Shown: positions 31,174 to 41,973, numbered from the stretch's first letter. The stretch is 64,000 nucleotides of DNA from Bacteroidota bacterium (GCA_003164895.1 PLUL01000014.1:100954-164953), one strand, 5' to 3'. Program-made: numbers and translations. The notes: a model not told the origin generated them from the letters alone.

Positions 31174-33758
31174 AAAGAAGTCAGAAGTCGGAAGTTAGAA
31201 GGCAGAAGTCAATTTCATCTTCTATTCATAATTGTATTTTTATTTTTTTATTTTCCATCTGCCTTTTACCATCTTATATCCTACATGCTCAAGCTACTCT
31301 ATTCGGAAAAATTACTGACAAAGAAAGCAAACCCATCAGCGACGTAAAAGTTTCTGTTGCAAACTCAAAAAAATCAACAAGCAGCAACGAAAAAGGAGAA
31401 TATGAAATCACTATTCCTTCCGATACAAATATCACTATTGAATTTTCTCACGTAAGTTTCGGAATCAGATTAAAATCTGTTCGCCTTTCCGCAGGTAAAA
31501 AAGAAAAATCCGATATTGAAGTTGAAACCACAAAATCCCTTGACACCGTTATCATTGAAGATAATGGCGTGCGCGCAAATTTTATTCAAACGATTCCCAC
31601 AAAAGATCTCTACGTTCAGTCGGGCGCATCAGGAGATTTTAATGTTATTGTTTTTACTCAACTTGGTGTTCAGCAAAGCAACGAATTGAGTTCTGGTTAT
31701 TCTGTTCGCGGAGGAAATTACGATGAGAATCTTGTTTATGTGAACGACATTGAAGTATATCGTCCGTTTCTTGCTCAAACCGGTCAGCAGGAAGGATTGA
31801 GTTTTGTAAACTCCGATATGGTTTCGGCAATTAATTTTTCTTCGGGAGGATTTGAAGCGCGCTACGGAGATAAAATGTCTTCGGTGCTTGACATCCGCTA
31901 TAAAAAACCAAGAACATTTGCCGCTTCAGTTTCGGGCGGATTACTTAACAATGCAATTCATATTGAAGATGCATCAAAGGATAAACGATTCACTTATAAT
32001 ATTGGCGCAAGAGAAAAATCGGATTCATATCTTCTTCGTTCGATGGATACAAAAGGCACTTACAAGCCGCTTTTTCTTGATTTGCAATCGTATCTCACTT
32101 ATGATATTAACGATGAATGGGAAATTGATTTTCTGGCAAACATCTCGCGCAATCGGTACAATTTAATTCCTCAATCAAGCAAATCTACTTTTGGAACAGT
32201 GAATCAGGCACTTCAGTTGGATATTAATTTTGACGGTCAGGAGTTAGACAGTTACCAAACATTTATGGGAGCTTTCTCAAGTATTTATCGCCCTCACGGA
32301 AAAGACCTCACGTTAAAATTTATCACATCGGCTTTTAACACGCAGGAAAATCAAACGTATGACATTCTCGGGCAATATGCTTTGAACGAATTGGAAACAG
32401 ATTTCGGAAGCAGCAATTTCGGACAATCGGCTTACAATATCGGCGCAGGTGCTGCATTGACTCACGCAAGAGATTATTTGAACGCCACCGTTTACAACTT
32501 TGAACACAAGGGAAATAAAATATGGAGAAAGCGGCAGCTTTGGTGGGGAATAAAATATCAGCACGAAATAATTCACGACCAACTAAGTGAATGGCGAATG
32601 ACGGATTCGGCAGGATATTCTCTTCCACATGTTCAGGATTCAGTCGGTTCTTTAAATCCACAGCCGTATCAGAATCTCAGTTTGAATAATGTAATCAACT
32701 CAAATAATGATTTGTCTTCAAACAGATTTTCAGGATATGTTCAACACGCATGGAACTGGGACACAAAAGATACAGGAGAATTTATTTTTACTGTTGGAGC
32801 GCGCGCAAATTACTGGGACTTGAACAAGCAATTACTTTTTAGTCCGCGTGGTTCGCTTGCGTTTAAACCGAAATGGAAACACGATGTGCTTTTCAAAGCT
32901 TCGGCAGGATATTATTACCAGCCGCCATTTTTTTGGGAGATGATTGATTTTAACGGAATGCTTCATCCCGATGTAAAAGCGCAGCAATCCATTCATTATG
33001 TTCTTGGTTCAGATATAAATTTCAAGGCATGGAATCGTCCGTTTAAATTCATCACCGAACTTTATTACAAGCAGCTCAATAGTTTAAATCCGTATGAAAT
33101 AAATAATGTGAGTATTCGCTACGCTGCTGAAAACACCGGCACCGGTTACGCAACTGGAATTGATTTTAAATTGAACGGAGAACTTGTAAAAGGTGTTGAC
33201 TCGTGGCTGAGCATGTCCATCATGAAAACAATGTACAACATCAGCAACGATGCATATTATCTCTATCGTAACAGCAGTCTGGACACAATTATTCCAGGAT
33301 ACACAGCTAATAATAAAATTTTTGACAGCGTGCGTGTAAAACCAGGAAATATTCCACGCCCAACCGACCAACGAGTAACCTTTAGTTTATTTTTTCAGGA
33401 TTATTTGCCGAATCTTCCGCGATGTAAAATGCACATGAATCTTCTTTTCGGAACGGGATTACCATTTGGTCCTCCCGGAATTTTGTATGAAGATATTTTC
33501 AGAATGCCGCCATACCGCAGAGTGGATATTGGTTTTTCCTATGAAATAATCAAAGAACATGCGAAGGATGATGAAAATAAAAGAAGAAAACTTCCAAACC
33601 TGAAATCTATATGGTTTAGTTTGGAAGTTTATAATTTGCTTGCTGTGAATAATGTGGTTTCCTATTATTGGGTGCGCGATGCATCTGGCAGGCAATACGC
33701 AGTTCCAAATTATCTTTCTCCTCGTTTATTAAATGCAAGAATTATGGTGAGGTTTTAA
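31170..33758 (+). CDS. TonB-dependent-receptor-like outer membrane beta-barrel with N-terminal CarboxypepD_reg domain
   Basis: ATLFGKITDKESKPISDVKVSVANS...GEYEITIP; plug-like SGYSVRGGNYDENLVYVNDIEVYRP; long beta-rich barrel; C-terminal aromatic ...NARIMVRF. Confidence 0.75.
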   Translation: MKRSQKSEVRRQKSISSSIHNCIFIFLFSICLLPSYILHAQATLFGKITDKESKPISDVKVSVANSKKSTSSNEKGEYEITIPSDTNITIEFSHVSFGIRLKSVRLSAGKKEKSDIEVETTKSLDTVIIEDNGVRANFIQTIPTKDLYVQSGASGDFNVIVFTQLGVQQSNELSSGYSVRGGNYDENLVYVNDIEVYRPFLAQTGQQEGLSFVNSDMVSAINFSSGGFEARYGDKMSSVLDIRYKKPRTFAASVSGGLLNNAIHIEDASKDKRFTYNIGAREKSDSYLLRSMDTKGTYKPLFLDLQSYLTYDINDEWEIDFLANISRNRYNLIPQSSKSTFGTVNQALQLDINFDGQELDSYQTFMGAFSSIYRPHGKDLTLKFITSAFNTQENQTYDILGQYALNELETDFGSSNFGQSAYNIGAGAALTHARDYLNATVYNFEHKGNKIWRKRQLWWGIKYQHEIIHDQLSEWRMTDSAGYSLPHVQDSVGSLNPQPYQNLSLNNVINSNNDLSSNRFSGYVQHAWNWDTKDTGEFIFTVGARANYWDLNKQLLFSPRGSLAFKPKWKHDVLFKASAGYYYQPPFFWEMIDFNGMLHPDVKAQQSIHYVLGSDINFKAWNRPFKFITELYYKQLNSLNPYEINNVSIRYAAENTGTGYATGIDFKLNGELVKGVDSWLSMSIMKTMYNISNDAYYLYRNSSLDTIIPGYTANNKIFDSVRVKPGNIPRPTDQRVTFSLFFQDYLPNLPRCKMHMNLLFGTGLPFGPPGILYEDIFRMPPYRRVDIGFSYEIIKEHAKDDENKRRKLPNLKSIWFSLEVYNLLAVNNVVSYYWVRDASGRQYAVPNYLSPRLLNARIMVRF

Positions 33759-33777
33759 TTTCACTTTTCACTATATA

Positions 33778-33813
33778 AAAAAGCCCATCCATAAAATAAT
33801 GAACGGGCTTTAA
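33778..33813. terminator. Bidirectional rho-independent terminator between convergent genes
   Basis: Hairpin AAAGCCCATCC...GAACGGGCTTT flanked by A/T runs; lies between the TonB-receptor gene (+) and the GAPDH-like gene (-). Confidence 0.6.
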
Positions 33814-33830
33814 AATATTATTTTTATTTC

Positions 33831-35318
33831 TCAGTAATATCTCAATCGAATAACTTCAGCAAGATATTTTGCCAAACGGAAAACCTGTTTTGTGTAACCG
33901 TACTCATTGTCATACCAAACGTAAAGAACGATGTGCGTTCCATCTTCTGCAACAATCGTTGCTTGGCTATCAAAAACCGAAGGACAAGGATTTCCAATCA
34001 CATCGGTAGAAACCAATTCGTTTGAATAACAATATTGTATTTGCTCCACCAAATCACTGTATAAAGCTGCCTTGCGCATAATTTCATTTACTTCTTCTTT
34101 GGTAGTTTTTTTGCTCACTTCAAGATGCAATATGGCAAGCGAAACGTTTGGCGTAGGAACTCGAACAGAATTTGCTGTAAGTTTTCCTTTCAGCGAAGGA
34201 AGAACTTTTCCAACCGCACTCGATGCGCCTGTTTCTGTAATCACCATGTTGAGTGGCGCTGAACGACCTCTGCGATATTTTTTGTGATAGTTATCCAAAA
34301 GATTTTGGTCGTTTGTGTAGGAATGAATTGTTTCAAGATGTCCGTTCTTTATATTTAAAGATTCTTCAATTACTTTCAGAACCGGAATGATTCCGTTTGT
34401 AGTGCAGGAAGCAGCAGAAAATATTTTTTCAGTTTTGATGTCAAATTTTTCGTGGTTCACTCCGAAAACGATATTCGGAATATCTCCTTTTCCTGGCGCA
34501 GTCAAAAGCACTTTACTGATTCCTTTCGCCAAAAGATGTTTTCCCAATCCTGCTCTGTCGCGCACAGTTCCAGTGTTATCAATCAGCAACGCATCGTGAA
34601 TTCCATAAGCCGTGTAATCAAGTTCTTCAAACTTTGTTGCAGCAAGCATCTTCACTGAATGACCGTTGATGATGAGCGACTGATTTGCAAAATCTTCTGT
34701 AACAGTTCCTGGAAATGGTCCGTGAACAGAGTCGGTTCTCAAAAGGTCAGCACGTTTCACCAAATCCGCATCGGAATAGTTTCGTGTAACAATTGCGCGC
34801 AAGCGAAGTTGTTCTCCTTTTCCCGCCTGAGAAATTAATTCTCTCGCCGCGATACGACCGATTCGACCGAATCCATACAAAACAACATCTTTCGGAGTCA
34901 ATACCAATTTATCTTTTCCGATAAATGTTTTTAATTTGTCTGTGATGAATTTTGTTCCGTCATTTCCATATTTTGTTTTTTCCTGAATCCATTCCGATGC
35001 AAGTTTGCCGATGTCAATGCGCGAAGGAGATAAATCCAATTTCTGAATTTCGCGGGCAATGAGAAGCGTATCGTGAATGGTGATGGGTTGCTTTACAATA
35101 TTTTTTGCATAGAGATGAAGATTCATCAATTCGCTGCTGCTGCGGTCGGTAAGTTCGTTGTGAAAAATAATCAGCTCAATGGATTTTTCATACCAAAGAG
35201 TTCCAATAATGCTGATTAATTCAATGGCAGCTTTTTCCTGTTTTATCCAGTCGTTAAGACCAGATTCGTAACCGTTTTTCATGGCAGGCGATTTTGGCGT
35301 TAATGTGTCAGAGTTCAT
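33831..35318 (-). CDS. Long-form glyceraldehyde-3-phosphate dehydrogenase family protein (about 495 aa, N-terminal extension)
   Basis: NAD-binding VVLYGFGRIGRIAAREL; catalytic SAASCTTNGIIPVLKVI (ASCTTN); about 130-aa N-terminal extension as in PRK08289-type GAPDH. Confidence 0.75.
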   Translation of the reverse strand: MNSDTLTPKSPAMKNGYESGLNDWIKQEKAAIELISIIGTLWYEKSIELIIFHNELTDRSSSELMNLHLYAKNIVKQPITIHDTLLIAREIQKLDLSPSRIDIGKLASEWIQEKTKYGNDGTKFITDKLKTFIGKDKLVLTPKDVVLYGFGRIGRIAARELISQAGKGEQLRLRAIVTRNYSDADLVKRADLLRTDSVHGPFPGTVTEDFANQSLIINGHSVKMLAATKFEELDYTAYGIHDALLIDNTGTVRDRAGLGKHLLAKGISKVLLTAPGKGDIPNIVFGVNHEKFDIKTEKIFSAASCTTNGIIPVLKVIEESLNIKNGHLETIHSYTNDQNLLDNYHKKYRRGRSAPLNMVITETGASSAVGKVLPSLKGKLTANSVRVPTPNVSLAILHLEVSKKTTKEEVNEIMRKAALYSDLVEQIQYCYSNELVSTDVIGNPCPSVFDSQATIVAEDGTHIVLYVWYDNEYGYTKQVFRLAKYLAEVIRLRYY

Positions 35319-35445
35319 AGTATATATTTTTAAAGGTTAATGTTTTTTTTTCGTGATGCAAATATGCAAATTTTCTCTTTGGAAATGAATTGATAAAACG
35401 CAAGGTCAAAGATTTTTTATTAATAGTTTCAAACAGGATACAAAA

Positions 35446-35485
35446 AATAAATCCCGACATTTTTTCAATGCCGGGATTTAAAAAT
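35446..35485 (-). terminator. Rho-independent terminator downstream of rpoD
   Basis: Inverted repeat AAATCCCGACAT / ATGCCGGGATTT followed by a T-run on the minus strand. Confidence 0.65.
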
Positions 35486-35501
35486 ATAATACGTTTCATG
35501 A

Positions 35502-36368
35502 TTAGCCGAGATATGCTTTCAATAGTTTGCTTCGCGAACTGTGGCGCAATCTGCGGATAGCTTTTTCTTTTATTTGTCTTACTCGTTCACGAGTAAGGTC
35601 GAACTTAGCTCCAATTTCTTCCAATGTTAATCCGTGAGGATGTTCTCCAAGTCCGAAAAATAATCGAACCACATCGCGCTCTCTGTCTGTCAATGTGGAA
35701 AGTGAACGCTCTATTTCTCTTTTCAAAGATTCAGAAATCAAAGAAAAATCTGCTCGTGGAGAATCCTGATTCACAAGTAAATCTGCCAAACTATTTTCTT
35801 CTGCATTTGGAAGAGGTGCGTCCATCGAAACGTGCCTGCCTGAAACACGCTGTGTATCTGTAACTTTATCTTCCGGAATATTTAATTCCTTGGCAATTTC
35901 TTCAGCCGTTGGTTCGCGTTCGTAAGTTTGTTCAAGCTTAGAAAATGTCTTGTTCATTTTATTCAAAGCACCAACCTGATTCAATGGCAAACGCACAATT
36001 CGAGATTGTTCCGCCAACGCCTGAAGAATGGATTGACGAATCCACCACACCGCATACGAAATAAATTTGAATCCACGAGTTTCATCAAAACGTTTTGCCG
36101 CTTTGATTAACCCTAAATTTCCTTCATTAATAAGGTCGGGTAAACTTAATCCCTGGTTCTGATATTGTTTTGCTACTGACACAACGAAACGGAGATTTGC
36201 ACGAACAAGAGCTTCCAATGCCTGCTGGTCATCCTCTCGGATTCTTTTTGCCAAAGCAACTTCATCTTCTGCGGTAATAAGTCCTTCTCGTCCAATTTCC
36301 TGTAAATATTTATCAAGTGATGCGCTCTCACGATTTGTGATAGACTTTGTAATCTTTAGTTGTCTCAT
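35502..36368 (-). CDS. rpoD: Primary RNA polymerase sigma factor (Bacteroidota-type sigma-70, about 287 aa)
   Basis: [28 protein letters not shown]...; region 2 ([10 protein letters not shown]), region 3 and region 4 ([28 protein letters not shown]). Confidence 0.9.
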   Translation of the reverse strand: MRQLKITKSITNRESASLDKYLQEIGREGLITAEDEVALAKRIREDDQQALEALVRANLRFVVSVAKQYQNQGLSLPDLINEGNLGLIKAAKRFDETRGFKFISYAVWWIRQSILQALAEQSRIVRLPLNQVGALNKMNKTFSKLEQTYEREPTAEEIAKELNIPEDKVTDTQRVSGRHVSMDAPLPNAEENSLADLLVNQDSPRADFSLISESLKREIERSLSTLTDRERDVVRLFFGLGEHPHGLTLEEIGAKFDLTRERVRQIKEKAIRRLRHSSRSKLLKAYLG

Positions 36369-36389
36369 AATTTATTTTTGATGTCTGAT

Positions 36390-36425
36390 ACGAAAAAAAG
36401 GCGTGCAAAGTTACGCCTTTTCTTC
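36390..36425 (-). terminator. Rho-independent terminator downstream of htrA
   Basis: Hairpin AAAGGCGTGCAAAGTTACGCCTTT followed by T8 on the minus strand. Confidence 0.65.
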
Positions 36426-36492
36426 TTTTAGTCAAATTTATTATCGAAAGTCAATTAGGTCATACTTTAATGACTTGGATGTAATATACTTA

Positions 36493-37956
36493 TCATAGTC
36501 CAAAAGCATAGTACGCTTTCATGCCATTTGTGTAAACTCCTTCAATCAACACACCACCTTCTTTGTTTTCGAGGGCAACTTTCACATCATCCAAAGATTC
36601 TATTTTCTTTTTATCAATGCTGGTAATAATGAAACCCTTTTTTATTCCTGCGCTCAAAAGTTTTCCTGCTTCGAGAGAAGTGATTTTCACTCCAGCATCT
36701 ATACCCAATCGTTTCATATCAGATTCTGAAATCGGTTCAAAAGTTGCGCTAAGCATTGACAGAACTTCGCTCTTACCTGCTTTTGGAATCATTGCATCAC
36801 CGCTTTTGCTTCTGAGTGTTACAGAAAAAGTTTTTTCTTCACCATCTCTTTTAACCATTACGGCAAGTTTATCTCCAGGACGGTAATTTGCAATCTGCTC
36901 CTGAAGTTCAGGAACATTATCAACATTAGCTTCTCCGACTTTTAAAATAATATCACCTTCCTTAACACCCGCCTCATCCGCACCTCCTCCTTGCAAAATT
37001 CCTGTCACATAAATTCCTTTGGTATCAGAACCGAGTTTTTTCTCATCAATCAGCTTAGAGTCTATGTCTCGAATATTCACTCCTAAAAATGCGCGTTGAA
37101 CTTTTCCAAATTCCAATAAATCATTCACAACCTTTTTTGCAAGGTTAACAGGAACTGCAAAAGAATATCCGGTGTACGAACCCGTATTCGAAGCGATGGC
37201 TGAATTAATTCCAATCAATTGTCCATTTGTATTGACCAAAGCTCCACCGCTGTTTCCGGGATTCACTGCGGCATCGGTTTGAATATATGATTCCACAGGA
37301 TTTATTCCACGAGACTGGTCTTCTTCAAGAGCATTTATGTTACGCCCTTTCGCACTTACAATTCCTGCTGTAACCGTAGAAGTAAGATTAAACGGATTTC
37401 CAACTGCAAGCACCCACTCGCCAACCTTCACATCGTCAGAGTTACCATATAATAGATAAGGAAGATTTTTCTCCTCAATTTTCAGAAGTGCTATGTCAGT
37501 TGCAGGATCTTTACCAATTACTTTTGCCTTATAGGTACGCCTGTCATATAATGTCACTTCAACTTTGTCGGCATCTTTGATGACATGATTATTCGTAACA
37601 ATATATCCATCACCCGAAATAATTACGCCTGATCCATAACCCATTTGGGTTCGCGGACTTTGCTGTGGTTGCTCCCATCCCCACATGTGAAAAGGGTCAT
37701 AATAATAAAGTTGATTTCGTTGTGGAGCGTATTCTGTTTTTACGTGAACAACAGCAGGTAAAGAAATCTCCGATGCCTTAATGAAATCGGCAGATGCTTC
37801 CGGAGCCATTCCATTAAAGTTGGCAAACTTTACGGGATAATTGTTCGGCACATTTGCCTGAATTGATTTTTCGTTACCAACAAAATAGTGGTCAACGGTA
37901 AGCGCTGTTGCCCCTCCAATCAGCGCAATAAAAAAAATGGATGCTAAGCGTTTCAT
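36493..37956 (-). CDS. htrA: Periplasmic serine endoprotease DegP/HtrA (Do family) with two PDZ domains
   Basis: Signal/TM anchor; catalytic triad context HVIKDAD...DIALLKI...GNSGGALVN; two PDZ-like segments. Confidence 0.9.
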   Translation of the reverse strand: MKRLASIFFIALIGGATALTVDHYFVGNEKSIQANVPNNYPVKFANFNGMAPEASADFIKASEISLPAVVHVKTEYAPQRNQLYYYDPFHMWGWEQPQQSPRTQMGYGSGVIISGDGYIVTNNHVIKDADKVEVTLYDRRTYKAKVIGKDPATDIALLKIEEKNLPYLLYGNSDDVKVGEWVLAVGNPFNLTSTVTAGIVSAKGRNINALEEDQSRGINPVESYIQTDAAVNPGNSGGALVNTNGQLIGINSAIASNTGSYTGYSFAVPVNLAKKVVNDLLEFGKVQRAFLGVNIRDIDSKLIDEKKLGSDTKGIYVTGILQGGGADEAGVKEGDIILKVGEANVDNVPELQEQIANYRPGDKLAVMVKRDGEEKTFSVTLRSKSGDAMIPKAGKSEVLSMLSATFEPISESDMKRLGIDAGVKITSLEAGKLLSAGIKKGFIITSIDKKKIESLDDVKVALENKEGGVLIEGVYTNGMKAYYAFGL

Positions 37957-38226
37957 AGTTTTTATTTTTTTTAAGTTGTGTGTGTTTATGTTTGAAATTG
38001 TAACGCAAAGATTCTGCCAAAGTTGTTTTATTAATACACCTTTAACATTTTTTAACAGATAAATCTATAAACAAAAAAAATCAACATAACTCGCATTCAT
38101 CACATGAATATCATTCAAAACCAATTACTAACAATTGTTAAAAACCTTTGAATTATGAGTTCTATTAAAATAACTTTGCTACAGTTCTGATTTGCTAAAA
38201 AATCTCAGGAGAAAAGTATTGTCAAA

Positions 38227-38976
38227 ATGTCGGGGTCAAATAAATCATTATTGTTCTTGCTTGGACTCGTTTTAGGATTACTTGCCGGTGCAAGTTTTTT
38301 TATTTTCAAGATGGATGACATTTTAAAAAAGGTAAATCTGTTCAGGATGCCAAAGGATACAATTATCATTCAGCAGGCGAACAATATTGAGGATAAAAAA
38401 AGTAAAACAGAAATTAAAAAATACATCGGACAAAAAGATACATCACATAAATCAATGACTTCAGCCGAAATGCTCGCACAAAAATATTCAAGGGAAGTTC
38501 CCGTCAGAAGAGTGATGGCGGAAGCGGATTCTCTTTTGCATGATGTTGCGATTGCAAAAAAAGATTCCTCATCTGAATATTCAAATCAAAAATCTGCCGA
38601 TAATTTTATTGTAAAAAAAGATGAACTTCTGGATTCAAAAAATTTTGAAGTGATAAATCTCCAGCAAAATGAAAATGCAAATCCTTCCGATTCTATTTTG
38701 GAAAAAGTAAGCGGAATAAAAGATACAAAGAAAAATATTCTTGCTTCATTCAAAGTTGAATTCTGGCAGTCTCCAATTAATTACAAGGGTTTTAAAATGA
38801 CAAAAAATAAAATTGTTTTATTTGGAATTAATCCCGAAGACAACCTAAAACTTTTCCATTTGAATGACGACATCTTCATGAAACACAATCAGAATTATTA
38901 CAAATTATATTTCACCGATGATTTCAAACAATTTGAAAAAGTGACAGACACATCTATAATTGCTAAGTTAAAATGA
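38227..38976 (+). CDS. Hypothetical membrane-anchored protein
   Basis: N-terminal TM helix LLFLLGLVLGLLAGASFFIF; K/D/S-rich with no known motif; translationally coupled to dapF. Confidence 0.45.
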   Translation: MSGSNKSLLFLLGLVLGLLAGASFFIFKMDDILKKVNLFRMPKDTIIIQQANNIEDKKSKTEIKKYIGQKDTSHKSMTSAEMLAQKYSREVPVRRVMAEADSLLHDVAIAKKDSSSEYSNQKSADNFIVKKDELLDSKNFEVINLQQNENANPSDSILEKVSGIKDTKKNILASFKVEFWQSPINYKGFKMTKNKIVLFGINPEDNLKLFHLNDDIFMKHNQNYYKLYFTDDFKQFEKVTDTSIIAKLK

Positions 38977-39755
38977 GATTTGGATTTTATAAATATCAAG
39001 GCACAGGAAACGATTTCATCATTGTTGATAATCGCAAGTTGAAAATAAAGTTGAGCACAAAACAGATTGCGCATTTATGTCAACGGCATTTTGGAATTGG
39101 CGCAGATGGATTGATGCTTCTTAAGAATAAAAAAGGTCTTGATTTTGAAATGGTTTATTACAATTCAGATGGAAAAGAAAGCACGTTCTGCGGAAACGGA
39201 AGCCGTTGCATTGTTGCATTTGCAAAAAAATTGAGTGTAATCAAAAAATCAGAAACCACTTTCCTTGCTACGGATGGAATTCACACAGCTAAAATAAATG
39301 GAAATGTTATCAGCATGAAGATGAACGATGTGAAAAATATTGAAGTTGGGAGAAATTATTATTTACTAAATACTGGGTCTCCTCATTATGTGAAATTTAC
39401 AAGCGGAATAGAAGATGCAGACATGATTTCTCAAGGAAAAAATATTCGTTACAACGACAGATTCAAAAAAGAAGGTGTGAATGTGAATTTGGCAGAAAAA
39501 AATGGAAAAGGAATTTATGTCCGCACTTATGAGCGCGGTGTGGAAGACGAAACTCTTTCCTGCGGAACCGGAGTAACTGCAACGGCTTTAGCAGCATCCA
39601 TTCACGGAGTTTCAACATCAAAAAACCACAGCAAGATATTAACACAAGGCGGTGAATTAACAGTGCGTTTCCATAGAGGAAATCACAACACGTTTACCGA
39701 TATTTGGCTGGAAGGTCAGGCGAAATTTATATTTAAAGGAGAAATAGATATTTAA
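38973..39755 (+). CDS. dapF: Diaminopimelate epimerase
   Basis: YQGTGNDFIIVDN; catalytic FCGNGSRC and LSCGTG. Confidence 0.9.
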   Translation: MRFGFYKYQGTGNDFIIVDNRKLKIKLSTKQIAHLCQRHFGIGADGLMLLKNKKGLDFEMVYYNSDGKESTFCGNGSRCIVAFAKKLSVIKKSETTFLATDGIHTAKINGNVISMKMNDVKNIEVGRNYYLLNTGSPHYVKFTSGIEDADMISQGKNIRYNDRFKKEGVNVNLAEKNGKGIYVRTYERGVEDETLSCGTGVTATALAASIHGVSTSKNHSKILTQGGELTVRFHRGNHNTFTDIWLEGQAKFIFKGEIDI

Positions 39756-39857
39756 TGATTACACAGATAAAAAAAAAAGATTACACCGATTGCATTTTAC
39801 AAAAAAACATATCGGTGTAATTAAAATTAAATCGGTGCAATCAGTGCATTAAAAAGT
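39756..39857 (+). promoter_or_regulatory. Repeat-rich element upstream of the SMC-like operon: 11-bp perfect inverted repeat plus direct repeats
   Basis: ATTACACCGAT (39780-39790) and ATCGGTGTAAT (39811-39821) form a perfect inverted repeat; ATCGGTG recurs at 39831-39837; GATTACAC is duplicated at about 39757 and 39779; A-rich spacers. Confidence 0.45.
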
Positions 39858-41216
39858 ATGATAAAAAAATTAATGAGCCGCGAAGAGATTTTCGAAAGCA
39901 TTGCGCTTGATTTCGAATACCTGATTCCTCGCGATATAGAAACCATTTTGCTGCTTCTCACACTTAATTCAAAAATTGAGAATCAGGAAATTGACGACAT
40001 CTTTTCTCAAAAAGATTTTGAAGATGCAGTGGATGATGTGATTGTTCATTTAAAACGCGACCGGAATATTCAGCGGGAAAGTATTTCCAAAAGATTAAGC
40101 CAGCATTTTTATACAACGCTTAAAGTCGGTGAAGAATATCGTTATCAGCTAACCATTTTTGCAAAGGAGTTTTCAAATCTTCTAATGAACGAAGTAACTC
40201 CTAACTATGAGAATCTCGAATTGATACACACATTCAAACGCACATTGCCTGTTCAAGATGACGATGTAACTAATATTGAAAAATTCAACTATTGGTACAA
40301 ACACCACTACAGCGCTTCCAAGAAATTTATTCTTTCGCATACAGATAATCTCCAGTTGTTCGTAGATAAAAAAGTTGCGGAACTAAGAACGCTGCTGAAA
40401 CCAAATACAGAAAATCCGAAAGAACTTATCGGACAATTTCTTGTCATTTTCGAACAGCTCGGAAAGCAAACTGAAGGAGTAACCCAGGCGCTTCACTTCA
40501 AACAAGATATCATTGACAAGATAAAGAACTCAGAACCTAATTTTAAAGATGTTCGTCAGTCCTGGGAACTTTACGACAAGATAAATAACGAAGTGATAAT
40601 CTTCTTTGAAACCATTGACAGTCGCGTATTGAACATCAACGATAAAATTCAACAGGCGCGCACGAGATTAAAATCTTTGTATGACAATTTGCGCTACAAA
40701 CAGCAATACAAACTCAAAGTTGAAAAATTCCTGTTGATGCTTTTGAAACACAGCAAAATTGTTGATGAAAAAATTGCATTGCCTCATAATGTTGAGAAAA
40801 AAGAAATTCCATATTTCAGAGACAAATTCGTTTACCCTCCTGTTATTGACTTTGGCGAATATCACAAAATAGAATCGCCATTCTATCAGGAAGATGAAGA
40901 GTTCAAAAGATTGAGCGAACTGGAAAAAATGAAACAACTTGCGCGCGCAGAAAATACAATCAAATGGATGAGCGACATCCGCAGCGAAATAGAACTTGGT
41001 CGTGAAGTTATTTTCGAACAATGGATGGATAAAATTCTTGATAAGGAGCAAAATCTGGAAGTACCGATAGATGTTTGCTTTAGCTTAATTGATGAATATA
41101 AAAACAGAGAAGATGTTCAATTAGATATTGAAAGAAAACTGATGACAACACTTCATTCAAATGTTGCTCTTTGGAAATTAAAAATCAAACCCAATCAAAC
41201 AGAACTTTCCGAATAA
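39858..41216 (+). CDS. Hypothetical 452-aa protein; candidate kleisin-like MksF/JetA-type subunit by position and size
   Basis: No catalytic motif; K/E-rich helical protein of MksF/JetA-like length sitting directly upstream of a 231-aa gene and the SMC-like gene. Confidence 0.4.
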   Translation: MIKKLMSREEIFESIALDFEYLIPRDIETILLLLTLNSKIENQEIDDIFSQKDFEDAVDDVIVHLKRDRNIQRESISKRLSQHFYTTLKVGEEYRYQLTIFAKEFSNLLMNEVTPNYENLELIHTFKRTLPVQDDDVTNIEKFNYWYKHHYSASKKFILSHTDNLQLFVDKKVAELRTLLKPNTENPKELIGQFLVIFEQLGKQTEGVTQALHFKQDIIDKIKNSEPNFKDVRQSWELYDKINNEVIIFFETIDSRVLNINDKIQQARTRLKSLYDNLRYKQQYKLKVEKFLLMLLKHSKIVDEKIALPHNVEKKEIPYFRDKFVYPPVIDFGEYHKIESPFYQEDEEFKRLSELEKMKQLARAENTIKWMSDIRSEIELGREVIFEQWMDKILDKEQNLEVPIDVCFSLIDEYKNREDVQLDIERKLMTTLHSNVALWKLKIKPNQTELSE

Positions 41217-41223
41217 ATAAAAT

Positions 41224-41919
41224 ATGGAGAACACCGACACACAACAAGCAATCAACTACGAGTACAATTACAGCTACGAATTTCTGAGCAGCGAACGTGC
41301 GCGCAAGCATTTTGCCGATACGGATTTTGCGCTGAGAAGCGGGAGACACATTCAGAACTTCGGAAACGATTTCAAGATGTGGGATTTCGTAAATGATTTT
41401 TACGAGAAGGGACTCGCAAAATATTACATGGAACTTTTGGGCATGGTGCTAAAAAAAGAATTCAATGAAAGAGAATCGTATTTCTTTTTGGATTTTCCTG
41501 AAGAAGGAAATAAAGGCAAATTCGGCTATGACAGAACCTATGCGCTGGACGACCGTCTCGTGATATTTGCAATCCTTTTGCTGAACCTTTACAAGGAGAA
41601 ATTCTTTGAGAACAAGGAAGTGAAATGGGACGAACTGCTTTACATCACCGAGGAAGGCGAGAACAAAGACCTCTGGCAAAAACTTCTTTTCGGGGAGAAC
41701 AAACGCAACTTTACACCTTCGGAAAAAGAAGAAGTACGCAGAAAAATTGAACGCACTTTGCAAACCTGCGAGCGCATGGGCTGGATTCGATGGATCAGCT
41801 ACGAAGATTTGCATTTTGAAATCATGCCCAGCATTGACCGCATTGCAAAACTTTATCAGACAGAAATAAATAACGTGGAACTGTTAACGGAATATTTGGA
41901 TAATAATTTACCATCATAA
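41224..41919 (+). CDS. Hypothetical 231-aa acidic protein; candidate MksE/JetB (MukE-like) subunit
   Basis: Size and position match MksE/JetB; acidic/aromatic composition; 8-nt spacing from the upstream gene. Confidence 0.4.
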   Translation: MENTDTQQAINYEYNYSYEFLSSERARKHFADTDFALRSGRHIQNFGNDFKMWDFVNDFYEKGLAKYYMELLGMVLKKEFNERESYFFLDFPEEGNKGKFGYDRTYALDDRLVIFAILLLNLYKEKFFENKEVKWDELLYITEEGENKDLWQKLLFGENKRNFTPSEKEEVRRKIERTLQTCERMGWIRWISYEDLHFEIMPSIDRIAKLYQTEINNVELLTEYLDNNLPS

Positions 41920-41973
41920 ACTGAAAAGAAAACATAAACCGAAAAAAGAATCTTGTAAATCGTATATATAATC

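Noticed and set aside
35308-35499. 63-aa ORF between rpoD and the GAPDH-like gene
   Set aside because: The region contains the rpoD terminator hairpin, and the ORF is AT-rich with poor start context. It is more likely intergenic.
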